Below are positions 39,360-51,711 of a stretch of 64,000 nucleotides of DNA, piece by piece. How positions within the stretch are numbered: position 1 is the first letter of the stretch; each line of letters begins with the position of its first letter. The notes beneath the pieces were generated by a model. That model made no database searches, was not told the DNA's origin, and saw only the letters and a list, made by a program, of their open reading frames with translations. The stretch is from Amoebidium appalachense (taxonomy: Eukaryota > Protista > Ichthyosporea), in assembly GCA_963693365.1 (NCBI GenBank), contig CAVNZM010000001.1:10442161-10506160 (forward strand). Direction: 5' to 3'. The translations under genes were made by a program, and so were the position numbers.

Positions 39360-40890
39360 CTCAGTCACGAAGACTGAGTGAAGCACGGTGCTGCTCGTGG
39401 GAGGGCCCGGGCAGGGGCTTGGTGAAGATGTCAGCCACGTTGTCTTTGCTGGACACGTAGGTGACGACCACTCATCCCCACTCTTGATGTAGTCCTTCGT
39501 GTTGTGGTACCGGACAGCAATGTGTTTGGTCCGGTGCTTAATGCTGTTGGTGTGCAGGAGGGCAATGGTGGACTGGTTGTCACAGTAGACGGGGGTGGGG
39601 TCGGTCATCGGGTAGCCGAGTTCACGGAGGAGATCACTGTGCCAGATGACGTTTTGAACAGCAGCATTGATGGCCAGAAGCTCAGCCTCGGTGGTGGATG
39701 TTGCCGTGATGGACTGTAGCTTCGAATACCATGTGATGGGTATGCCCTTGAAGAAGATGACGTATCCGGTGGTTGAACGACGGGTGTTGGGGCAGTTGGC
39801 AAAGTCAGCATCAGAATAACACTCCAGCAAGGGGGTGTTGTCGTCGGAAGCAGACTTGTCGTAGTGAAGGCCGAGGTTGGAAGTGCCGATGAGGTACCGA
39901 ACTACACGGAGTAGACATTCCCATGCAAGTTTGGTGGGGTTGGCACTGAATCTACCGAGGTAGCCGATGGCAAAGGAGATGTCGGGCCGGGAACAACCGG
40001 AGCAACCCACAAAAGACGGCCGAGTAGTTCACGGTAGGGAACCTTGATGGGTGGTGAGTCGTTCTCGTTGATGGTGATGACGGTGCCGACGGGAATGGGA
40101 GTAGCCTTGGGGTGAGCATCGTTGAGGTTGAAGTCTCTGACGATGTCGTTGATGTAGGACTGTTGAAGCAGCTTGAGGTGACCGGGGGTGTGGATGAGCT
40201 GGGTGCCAAGGAAGATGTCGGGGAGGTCAACCTTGCAGAGAGCTGACTTCATGATGTGGTCTACTAGATCCTTGGTGTGGGAAGAGTTGGCCGTGCAGAT
40301 GATGATGACGTCGTCCACATAGTTGCCAGTGAGGATGATGTCACCGTTGGGGAAGGTCTTGATGTAGACACATGGATCTGAACGGAGACGTTCAAGACCG
40401 TGAGCAAGGAGGACCTTGTCGAAGTACTCATACCAGGCCAGTGATGCTTGCTTGAGGCCGTAGAGTGCCTTCTTAAGTTTCCAGACCTTGTGCTCGTTGC
40501 CGGGGGTGATGAAGCCAGGTGGTGGCTCAATGTAGATGTCTTCTTGAAGAGGACTGTTGAGGAAGGCAGTTGAGACGTCGAGTTGATGAATCTCATGGTT
40601 GCCGTCCACACCGATGGCAAGGAGGGCACGGACGGAGGAGGACATCACCACGGGGGAAGAGGTGTCACCGTAGTCAACACCGTAGACTTGAGTGAAGCCC
40701 TTTGCAACACCACGAGCTTTGATCTTGGTGTCACCGGCTGAGTTGAGGACTTTCTCAGTCACAATCCACTTGAACTTGATGATGTTGGCACCAGGGGGGG
40801 GATCAACAATGGTGAAGACATCCTTGGTGATGAAGGCTTGGTACTCGGAGGTGAGGGCAGCTATGACGGCATCACCGTTGGGACCGTTTC
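39360..40890 (-). pseudogene. Ty1/copia RT-RNase H, 5'-truncated and frameshifted
   Basis: KARGVAKGFTQ, QLDVSTAFLN, LKKALYGLKQA, YVDD, YSDADFA, STTEAE, YCDNQS. Confidence 0.95.
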
Positions 40891-41087
40891 TACCCACCCA
40901 CCCACCCACCCACCTACCGACCCTCCACCCTCCTCCTATAAACACATTCCCTTGCTCATTTCCATACTCGATCACACATTCGTTGGCACTCAGCCTTTCA
41001 TAGGCTTTGTGCATGACCAAGTTGAACATAATGATTATCGAGAGCGGCCAAAATCTAATTTATGCTGACTAACTGTCGTACCCACAG

Positions 41088-41966
41088 CCTGGTTTGTGGC
41101 CCCCAACACCCCCGCCACAGGCAACACTTTCCTCTACATGGTTAACTTTGACGGCACCGGTACCAGTAATTGGAATGTCTTGCTCAACGACGCAAGCTAC
41201 TTTGGCATCATACCTAACTTCGACAACTGGAACAATCTCTATGCTATGCTCGGAGCTTCTGCTTACAATGGCAACTTCCGTATTGGAACCCGCCAGGCCA
41301 ACGGGACATACACGTAGACACCCAATGTTTCGCAACGATAGAAGATCCGACACATCGCAGCCGACACTCTCTTCCTCTACGGGGTGGATCACACCAACTC
41401 CAATATAGTGCGCTGCACCCTTCCGTGTAGTTTCAACCAAACATGGACTGTTATTCCCCGCTCAGCAGTTCAGGGCGTCCGCAATGTGGTACGGATAGAG
41501 CTTGACGACACAAACGTGTATGTCACGTACAGTGACTATACGATTGGGTACTGCCGGCGGGGCTGCCCAAACGGTCCCGAATTCGACATTCCTTCGCCGC
41601 CGCTTCGCTCTGTATTTTCAGATGGCATGCATCTCTACGGTACAGGCTACGTCCCGAACAACCTCAAATTCTACCAATGCCTAATGCCATGCACCAACGT
41701 GAGCCAGTGGGTTCTGTATACCTCCCTCTGGACTAACATAATTTGGACAGACAACGTTAACGTCTTCCGCACGGGCACATCAGCCGACCAGCGAAACCTC
41801 GATGGTGTATACAACCAGATACGAGTGTACTACACGCCGTCGCCAGTGACGGCTACTAGCGTGTGGACCGACATGGTGTACCCTGCATGGTACCCAGGGT
41901 TTCCGAGTGGTTTCATCACACTGGGACAGAGTGTGCGGAGGGCGAAGCGGATACCGGGCGGTACAG
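41088..41966 (+). pseudogene. Orphan 879-nt spliceosomal exon encoding a Cys/Trp-repeat, propeller-like domain with two in-frame TAG stops
   Basis: Branch point TGACTAAC and CACAG acceptor, CAG|GTAAG donor. ORFs 41096 and 41384 share a frame. Repeats LYG...CxxPC...W. Confidence 0.65.
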
Positions 41967-43194
41967 GTAAGGATTCCAATCACTTGTGTGTGTCTGTCCA
42001 TGAATGTTAACGACTTAGCCGGCCAATCACTAATTAATGTCCAAGTAGGGGCACTAACGAGGGCCCGGAGAAGAAAAAAAGTGGTATGCCAAATTTAGGG
42101 CCTAGATTCGATTGAGACAGCTATCAAACACACTTTTTGTGCACGATCATAAGGCGAACATTGAAAGGTTTTGATTGGTCATTGCGGCATTGTTCAGTTG
42201 ATTCCCACCATCTTTGACGTCATGAAAACGCCTTTCAACCGCTTATTACTGCACACACAGAGCAATTTTTGGCCCCAAAAAATAGATATCAGCGTGTTAG
42301 GGAGTGTTGAATTTGTAGGTTTGGGGGGGGGGGGGGGGGGGAAGCGGTAGGCAGGAACTTGGACCCTTTTGAACCCCTCAGTATCCCCCCCCCCCCCCCC
42401 CCCCCCCTTCTCTTCCCCTCTTTTACATATATAACTGTTAGTAGTAGAAGCGACCATTTTGGAACCTCCAACCCCCCCCCCCCCCCCCCCCGGCCCTGGC
42501 TGGTCCGGTTTTCTAACTTCCATCGGCCCCCCTACTCTTTTCCCGCCTACATAGACCCCCCTTTCCCCCCCCCTCCCCCCTCCCCCTCCTCCCTCTCCCC
42601 CCCCCCCCCCCCCTCCCCGTTTCGAATACAGCGCTATCTAAAGACGGTAACAAAAGGGGCAATCACAAGATAATCACGCAATAAAACAAATGGAAAAAGA
42701 TACCACACGACACTAGACCCGATGAAAGCATACACCTTGAAAAACTAAGCCTTATGTCTCGCTTTATATATACTGACCGCCTCAACCATATTGCCAAATA
42801 TGGCACTCGCAAATGTATAACACCTAAATACATATTACCTTCCTGTAGAACTGGTCTTTCTCTAGCTGATGGTATTATTGATCAATTACCACGCTTTTAC
42901 TGTACACGTGCTATACAGTGGAGATCTAATAAGTATAAGGTGGCATCATTTGCATGCCCAAACAACACACACACACACCAGTTTAACCGGTCATGTATCG
43001 CCAAATATAGTTTGATAGACCACATAATACCGCAACACACACGTCACATTCACAACAGACACCCAGAAAGATAGCCTACCTGTAAATTACAACATCCTTG
43101 ATTTTATACTAAACACACGTAACTACGACCTGTTTATTAGATGTATTGATTGGCTTGAGAAACACATCACTACAAAATTCTAGCGCACGCGCAC

Positions 43195-43305
<111 letters not shown>

Positions 43306-43815
43306 CCAGCTGATACCGAGTGTCCCAGGGGAGCCCCTTTTTTAAAAAAAGAAAAAAAAAAAAAAAAAAACCGGGGAACCCCAACTAATTGATTTCTCCT
43401 TGTAGTCTTTATGGTGTCTCGTAGAGAAAGTAAACCCTGATATATAGTCATCACCCGACATCTATGTACGTGATCATGATATACCGCTGAGGGGATATTC
43501 CGAGCAAAACCCCCCCCATACCTGAGACTGGTTTCTCTTTGCCTCGAGTAAACAGCGTAAACCCCTGTTGCATATCCTATGCATCGATCCTAACCCTATG
43601 CATCGATCCGTGTTTGGAGAGAATATTAAATGCAGCACAGACACATGTGGGCGAGCGTGGGCAAATAGCAAATTTGAGGGCATTTTACTAACTTAGGATA
43701 AAGTCTACGTCGTCCATTGCAACAGCATTGAAGATCTTTATGACGATGAAGCGCATCAGTGTGAGCATGTGCGTACGTGCGTGCTTAACATGTTGCTTGC
43801 GTGCGTACGTGCGTG

Positions 43816-43817
43816 TG

Positions 43818-43897
<80 letters not shown>

Positions 43898-43898
43898 T
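43816..43898. repeat. (GTGC)n tetranucleotide repeat
   Basis: Seen directly. Confidence 0.95.
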
Positions 43899-44046
43899 GT
43901 CTGCATGCGTGTGTGCGTGCGCGCGTGTGTGTGTGCGTCCGTTTGTGTGTGTGTGGAGGGATGTGTGTGTGGAGGGGGGGGGTGGGGGGTGCACGGGATG
44001 GGTGGGTGGTTTGTGGTGGCGGTGGTGGCTGTTACAGTGGCGGGGA

Positions 44047-44084
<38 letters not shown>

Positions 44085-44854
44085 GGGGGGGGGGGGGGGG
44101 GGGGGGCACTGGGGGGTGGGAGGGGCCGGTGGGAGGGGGGAGGACTCCATGTGCTGTTTGTTTTTACTCGATCAAAAAATCAGATGCATTGTGCCATAGT
44201 ATTGCGCTATATATATAGCATTCCAGCGTACACGTGTACTGGCAAGTACAGCTGCAGTATGCGCACACGTCTATTTAGTGCCGGACCGGGTACCAAAACT
44301 AACAATACTCTCCAGAGCGAGATACAGAGGCAAATAAAGGCTCGAATATATATAGTCCATGTGTTTTTTCCTTCCCTTCCCACCCCCCCCCCCCCCCCCC
44401 CCCCTCCCCCTCTCCCCCTCCCCCCCCCCCCCCCCAAAAAAAAAAAAGAAAAAAAAGAAAAAGAAAATAAAGAAAGAAAAGAAGGGGAAAAAAAAGGAAA
44501 AAAAAGAAAACCAGAAGTTCAAGGCTTGCACTTGGGCGCGAGCGCCTGGCAGCGAGCCTCGGTCCATGCATGGGGCCACATTCTGCTGCCAGATCTATCT
44601 CCAGGCTGTGCAATTAGTTAGATTGTGTTGAGGCGACTACTGGCTAAGAAACAATCTTATAAATCATCCTTGGAAGTTTCCCTGGTTATTGACTTTTTTT
44701 AACTATGGTCGCTTATAAATTAACACAATGGGCCTATCAGGTCACATTTATAAAAAATACCCCCTGCGGGTAACGGGCGGTGCTACAGTACTGCATCCAC
44801 CTCTCAGCATCTATAAACATGGTTTCGAACCCTGTAAAGATCGCTTCAAAATGA

Positions 44855-44950
44855 ACCTGATTGGTGCGCCACTCGATCAGTAAGCCAATGGGTTCGCAGA
44901 AAGCAATGCATTTCGACCAATCGCGCGGCTGATTCTATGCGCCAATCATT
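44855..44950. promoter_or_regulatory. Cluster of four CCAAT boxes upstream of the zinc-finger ORF
   Basis: ATTGG near 44860; CCAAT near 44885, 44917 and 44942. Confidence 0.35.
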
Positions 44951-45699
44951 TTCTTCGACCGCACCATTTGCACAAATTCCTCCCGGAATCCTCCGAGCTG
45001 GGAAGTCGGGCAGGAACTTTTACGCTTGGGTCATGCAACCGGGGGAGAATGCAAATACTAAACACGAATCGCCTACATAAATATAATAAAAACTCAAAAT
45101 AAGCATTTGTTTCTTTCATTTGTATCTTCTAGCATTCAGGGCCGTTGTGACAATCCTGCAAAAGCCCGGCACTCAAGGCGATCATCCGGGTCCAATCATC
45201 TTTCACTGTGCGTATCACCTTTGCATTCCTCCTCTGTTAATGTTATGCCGCCACTATTCCGTCCGGGTCTGGGGGAGGAAACATGATCATCAACCGCACA
45301 TACCGTCCCTTTATTCATTCTGAATGTTGCCATGACATGGAACACACTAACTTCTGAGTCAGTCCCTTAGGCGGGCGACTGTGCAGGCCAAGCTTTAGTT
45401 ATCTCACTCACACTTAGTACCCCCATAAGCTGCTAGAAGTGTTGATCGCTCATGCTCATGGAGGTTCACTTGCGACACATGGCAAACAAGCATAGGCTTT
45501 TCAACACCATAGCTCTCTCACGCGCGCGCACACACACACACACACACAGGCACACACACGCACACAACTCAGCAACACCTCCAGCCGATTCCGTAATGTG
45601 TGACACCGGTGTCACCGTTGAGTCCATTATTACACGATAAACCCAGCAAATTCCACCTTTTTGCCGCTTTTGCAATAACCATTACAACCAGCCACGGCC

Positions 45700-47262
45700 A
45701 TGGATGACAATCACGATTTGGGTGAGGGGGAGGATGTGTCCATCCCCTCACTCACAGGACAGACAGCAAGCCCGGGCCACCTTGTCCCATGCCCGGGATG
45801 CAACAAAACGTTTTCCAGTGACGGTTCATTGCGCACACACTTGCGCCGAAAACACACACTGGACAGGAAAATGCTTCCGTTCACACCACGCATACAGCGC
45901 AAACCACGGCAAACAGCCAGCATGCGTGACCCCTCACAGAGCCGGGAGGCAGTGCCCTTGTACGCAGGACGCAACGGTGTGGGCCGGCCAGCATCAGACA
46001 GCACTCACAGTTCCACCCCACCACCCATACAACCAGACACCCCCACCGGTATAAACAGCAGCCCTTTCCCCGCGGGTGCGAAAGACACCAGAATCGCTGG
46101 GGTTTTGCACGAGAACGATTACATGTGTTTGGAGGCCGCTTTGGCCGCAGAAAACAGCGAGGCACCATCAGTTCCTTATGCCTTTGCCAAAAAACGATCA
46201 CAGAGCAACCCAAACATTCTTCACAACAGCACAAACAACACACAACCCGCACGGCTAACGCGCCCCAGGGACAAACAGTTGCAGCATCGTCATTCTCTTC
46301 CGGACGTGTTTTCTCGTTCGCGCTCTCGTGAAAGCATGACCACGTCCAGCAAGTCTAGCGGGAAACTCCCATCCCGCAGTCCAAGCAACCAGCCCCCCCT
46401 CGACCCGTTCGTTCTTGGTCTGGACTCGAGCGCCGGTCTGATTGCTAGCCCCAGCCGTGACGAGTTTCTGTTCCAGGGGTGTGAAGAGGACGCGAGTAAA
46501 GTGGCCCCAGCAGACAGCGGAAAACCAACACAGAACCGCGCGAAACACAAGGAGAATGGGGATGCCTCGTTTATTCTCGAGGACGCAAATCCAAGGCGGC
46601 ATAGAGACCCGAGAGACCAACTCCACCTGCTGACATCTTCCCAAAGTGGCACTAACCACAACCACAACCACAACCACAACAGAACCAACGGTGCATACGG
46701 TGTGCACGACGACCACCACGACACATTGTCCTCACCCGGTTCTCCCGACACCCCACTTCCGGGCCGGGCCGGCATGCGGTTCACGTTCGAGCAGGCGCTC
46801 AACAACGTTTCATCGCCGCTTTTGGCCGACCTGGTGGCATTCCAGTCCATATCAACACCAATGATCGATTTGGATTCGGGTCACGGTGACGTCCAGTCCG
46901 ACTCAACGGGCCAGCCCGCGTGGCAGCCTCGGCCCGTATGGATTCAGTCGGCCCACGGGTCGACCACCGCCGGCTCGAAACTTAGCACCGTCCGTAGGCA
47001 ATCACCAAAACACGACCTGTGGGCTCCTGCAATCGAAGGAATAGAGTGGGAGATAATTGGTTCGCTTGAGGACGCGGCCACAAACGTGGCAGCCATCCAA
47101 TCAAAACTCACAAACAGCCCGGAGGATCGGTCCTTCTCACGCCGATTGAACGCAATAGTGCAGAAAATTCTGGATGGGCCAGGGCCCGGGTCGGACGGAC
47201 GACCATTTTGGAGCGCATCTTTTGAGGCCGTGCTGATGTCATGCAGGGCTGCTGCATGCTGA
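45700..47262 (+). CDS. C2H2 zinc-finger protein with long low-complexity body (520 aa; 3' end uncertain)
   Basis: CPGCNKTFSSDGSLRTHLRRKH fits C-x2-C-x3-F-x5-L-x2-H-x4-H; long open frame in non-repeat DNA. Confidence 0.75.
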   Translation: MDDNHDLGEGEDVSIPSLTGQTASPGHLVPCPGCNKTFSSDGSLRTHLRRKHTLDRKMLPFTPRIQRKPRQTASMRDPSQSREAVPLYAGRNGVGRPASDSTHSSTPPPIQPDTPTGINSSPFPAGAKDTRIAGVLHENDYMCLEAALAAENSEAPSVPYAFAKKRSQSNPNILHNSTNNTQPARLTRPRDKQLQHRHSLPDVFSRSRSRESMTTSSKSSGKLPSRSPSNQPPLDPFVLGLDSSAGLIASPSRDEFLFQGCEEDASKVAPADSGKPTQNRAKHKENGDASFILEDANPRRHRDPRDQLHLLTSSQSGTNHNHNHNHNRTNGAYGVHDDHHDTLSSPGSPDTPLPGRAGMRFTFEQALNNVSSPLLADLVAFQSISTPMIDLDSGHGDVQSDSTGQPAWQPRPVWIQSAHGSTTAGSKLSTVRRQSPKHDLWAPAIEGIEWEIIGSLEDAATNVAAIQSKLTNSPEDRSFSRRLNAIVQKILDGPGPGSDGRPFWSASFEAVLMSCRAAAC

Positions 47263-48353
47263 TTGGATGGTGTACTCTTGCCTTACACGTGCACACACAC
47301 ACACACACAGACACACACACACACACACTCACACACACACACACACACACACACATGCAAACGCCAGCCCACTATACGTGCACGTTCATTACGGGTTTCT
47401 CTTTTTTACTTGATTTTACTAGAGTTCCAGGTATGAATAATGCATCTGTATTAAATGTGAATATATATAGCTATCATTTGCTCTCCACATGGAAACACAT
47501 AGGCACACACAAGGTACACTCGACGCCCGACACACCCACAAACACACACACGCGCGCGCACACACACCCGCACACACGAGATATGCCAACCTAATGATAT
47601 TCTAAGGTATATGGATATATGGCCTCGGCCTCGTGCATTGCATGGCCGTGGTTTTAGTACCATTAATGTTTATAGGAATATATATCCGATAATAATCCTA
47701 AGGAGAGCAATCCATAATAATTCTAAGGAGAGCAAGTTTTGACAGCCGAATACATAAACGATACATCTTTGGTATCAGGCAAGATAGGCGCCTCAGTTCA
47801 TGGACCCTTTTTCAGTAGCTAAACGGTAAATATATCTGATGTTTTCTAGGGTGCTGGTCCCCTCTACATAAGTCATGCGGCAGATTTGCGCCACATATAT
47901 ATCACATAAATACATTTTCTCGAATATCAAGTTTTCATCACAATGCTGTTGTCTGCGATGAGATTTCGTGGAGGCCACTTTTGCGCTCGATCTATGTTTC
48001 CAACGATTCTATACATACCAGTTTGCTAAAAACTTGGAGGGAAACTAAAAAAACGCAATACCACACCGACCCCTCCCCCCTCCTCTTCGTAGTTCCCTTT
48101 GCACATTTTACTGTGTATATGAATGGACCGAATTCGAACCCAATCCAGCAAGACAACCCCCCCCCTCCCCCCCCCCCCCCCCCTCCTTCCCCCACCTCCC
48201 CTCCCTCTTCCCCTTCCCCCGCCCGCCTGTGGGCCACGCATGTGCGCATAGGTACTGGAACCACAGACCCCTAAACAAAACCCCAATTCGAATGCACACG
48301 GCGTTTTGAAAGTGTGCAGCTATCCACCAGCATAGGTGTTGTAGGAAGCACCT

Positions 48354-48405
<52 letters not shown>

Positions 48406-49713
48406 TGCTGTTTATCACCGCCACATGCTTGACTCGGGGGCTGTGCCCGGGCTAAATAGGGAACTGTTCGTCTTGGAATGGTCCGGACATTGTAGACCAG
48501 CCCCCCCCCCCCCCCCCCCCCCCAAACCCCCTCCCCCCCCCCCCCCCTCCTCTTCTCCCCCCCCTCCTCCCCCCCCCCCCCCCCCCCCCGCCCACGCCCC
48601 CTCCCCTCGGAAAAAAGAGACACCTTACTAACGAACTACAAGCTTCCATAGTAATATCAACCGGCTCTGGCCCAGTGCTCTCTTATAATCAATCGCCGTG
48701 CATAGAGGGCATGGGGACGATAGGCTAGCCGGTCTTACAGCCATGTACTCATACGCACGCACACGTGCATGCACGCATGCACACACACACGCACACACGC
48801 ACGCAACACACTCACACACACACACATACACACAGACATACACACACACTCACAAACACAACACACACACACACACACACAATGCGAGAAAGAGGTAAGT
48901 TCAACGGACGAAAGCCCTAGGTATAGGGAGATCACATCACTTAAACCGTTGGACGACAAAATATTTGATCATAGTATTGACCATAAACCCAATAACCATA
49001 ACCCTATGTGTGTCCCACCTAAATGGGGGGGCTGCCGCCCCCCCCAAGCCCCCGCCAGACAGGCCTAACGACCCCTTAATGTTACCTGGGGATCGAATCG
49101 TTCTCCCCTGATTTTACGTCATCAAATCATGTTTTGTCCAATCAGAGGCGAGGGGACTATCACCCAGTGAACATCTGTGACGAACACACACACAAGCTGT
49201 GTACGCACACACAGCTCGCACACACTGGGTCCCCACACAAATTCATGTATCATACAGTAGATACTCGCACACAGGTGTGTTGTTTTACAAACACAGTAGC
49301 CAAATCATTCAGCAGCAAGCATATTTATATCGTTCCGTGAGTAATTCCTGTGGGCCGGGTTTTGACGTCTTGCTGCAGTGTGTGTTTCATCCTTATTTTC
49401 CCCTGAAGACTGCATATGAAAAAGCAATTTAGAAAATTTTGGACGTATTCAGGCTCAAACAGATCTCTAGACACACCTTTTAAAATTTCACGATCAAAGT
49501 TATAGTGGCTCAGTGAATTTGGATTGAATATGTCGGAGAATATATCTCTCAACATAATGTATATAAAAAAAACAGGGTTCACACAACTTTTTGTTCGTGC
49601 TGATGTTCTCCGAGTCTTCGTCTCGGTGAGGATATTGGAGCAAGGGGAGGACCAAAGGGTGGTTGATAGGACGGCATGTAGGAGGTGGTGGTGTATGTGC
49701 AGTGTCTGTGTGT

Positions 49714-49799
<86 letters not shown>

Positions 49800-49863
49800 A
49801 TGCGCACGTGAGCGTGTGGCACACACACAAACACACACAATGTGTGCGCATGTGTGTGTGTGT

Positions 49864-49902
<39 letters not shown>

Positions 49903-49903
49903 C

Positions 49904-49934
<31 letters not shown>

Positions 49935-49946
49935 GGGGGGTGCATG

Positions 49947-49989
<43 letters not shown>

Positions 49990-50734
49990 AACCCTTTTAA
50001 TTGTGCACATGTTTTTTTTTTTGTTGTTATTTTTCCCTGGATGTTTCGCTTTTTTCTTCGTGTGCTAGTGGTTTTTGGGTTTATGTTGGTGGGTATGTGG
50101 GATGTGGATAGTTGTAGGATGGGTGGGTATGTGTGCGTGTTTTTCTTGTGGGAGTTTTTTTTTGTGGTCACTTTTTTTGTGTGTACACAGCTGCAGTGTG
50201 CATGCTTTTACCGTGGCCTTATTGATTTCGTTGCTTATAAACGTGACCGGCTGTCCAGATCATATAGATATTCACCTCTGTCTGTGTGACATTTGGCCAA
50301 TCGGAACAAAGCATCTAACTACAGCCTGCCAATCGAAAACAAACAGAGAAAGTCACGCCACGGCACTCAGTACAGTGCAACGGCCTAAATATACAGTAGT
50401 TAGTGCAACACGTACTTGCAAATGTGCCAATAAAAAAACATACCAAAATTGTATTATGTTTACATGGGGTTACAACATACATCGTTATTCCACTATTAAA
50501 CAAAAGTACACCTGTTGGAAACTGCCAGCAAGGCACAAACAGAACAGAAACGCGATTCAAGGCTACTAGTAGTAGGCTCCCTGGCTAGCTAACAGTGTAA
50601 CCAACAGCCACTCACAGACACGGTGCATGCCCTATATTGGTGAAACAACGGCAAGCTATCAAAGAAAAGAAAAGCGCATACTTCTAGAATAAGCTAACTA
50701 TAACTACTATGAAATCAGCCCGAGCAAACATACA

Positions 50735-50985
50735 CTAGTATATCTAGATATCTAACTAGAAGCATGCATATCTAACTTGCTTAGCTGACATATCTAATCA
50801 CATGCATGCATATCTAACCGCTTACCTAACATATCTAATTACATGCATGTAGTATCCAACTTGCTTATTTAACATATCTCAGAATTACATTCATCATATA
50901 TCTGACTTGCTTATCTAACTGCATCCATGCATATCTAACTTGCTTCAAGATCTAAAATATCTAACTACATGCATGCATACCTATC
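50735..50985. repeat. Degenerate ~40-bp minisatellite (GCATATCTAACTTGCTTATCTAACATATCTAATTACATGCAT-like)
   Basis: About 5-6 imperfect units with a recurring TATCTAA core. Confidence 0.8.
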
Positions 50986-51012
50986 ATATATAGTTTTCGC
51001 AAATGATAAAAA

Positions 51013-51044
<32 letters not shown>

Positions 51045-51667
51045 GACGAACGGGTGCCTGCCAGACACTACAATAATCGTGACCTAACAGGAACCGAAAA
51101 ACTCATAATATAGTCGAGCTGGAAAACAAACGGACGCAAACGAAATACCAATCTGAAAACCAAATCGAAGGGATATAAACAGCAAGAAACATCATACCGG
51201 CGCTTACACGACCATCACCCTCACCGGTTCAATGGACTGGGACGGCCTGGCCGGGCGCAACCTCGGAAGGCCATCACTCAAGCCGGAAGCCAGGTGGATA
51301 CCAGTAGGCATCCCGACGGTGGATATCAGTAGCTTTCCGAACCTGCGCAGTTAGCCATTACTATCTTGTGGTCGTGTGTATGTGTGGGGGATGAAGGCGG
51401 CGGCGGCGGCGGCGGCGGTGGGGGGGGGGGGAGGGGGGGGGGAGAGGGGGGGGGGGGGGGGGGGGGGGCGAGGAATCTTTTGCTTGCAAGCCCACACACA
51501 CACACACACACACACACCCTAGTACAACCTTCCGAGATGTGCGGGATTTCACAGAACCCAAAAATGTTGTTGTGTGTATGTGCATGGTTTGGAATGGAGG
51601 CAGGACGGGAATAAGGGATGCATTTGACGGTGGCAATATAAAAGCTTCGCCCTGCCGGAACAGGAAA

Positions 51668-51711
<44 letters not shown>

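Noticed and set aside
41315-41341. TAG reassignment to an amino acid
   Set aside because: Only two cases in one orphan exon; the other long ORFs in the window do not need TAG readthrough.
51195-51320. 5S rRNA or SINE-like sequence
   Set aside because: Only a loose resemblance at the start; no convincing A/C boxes or terminal stem.
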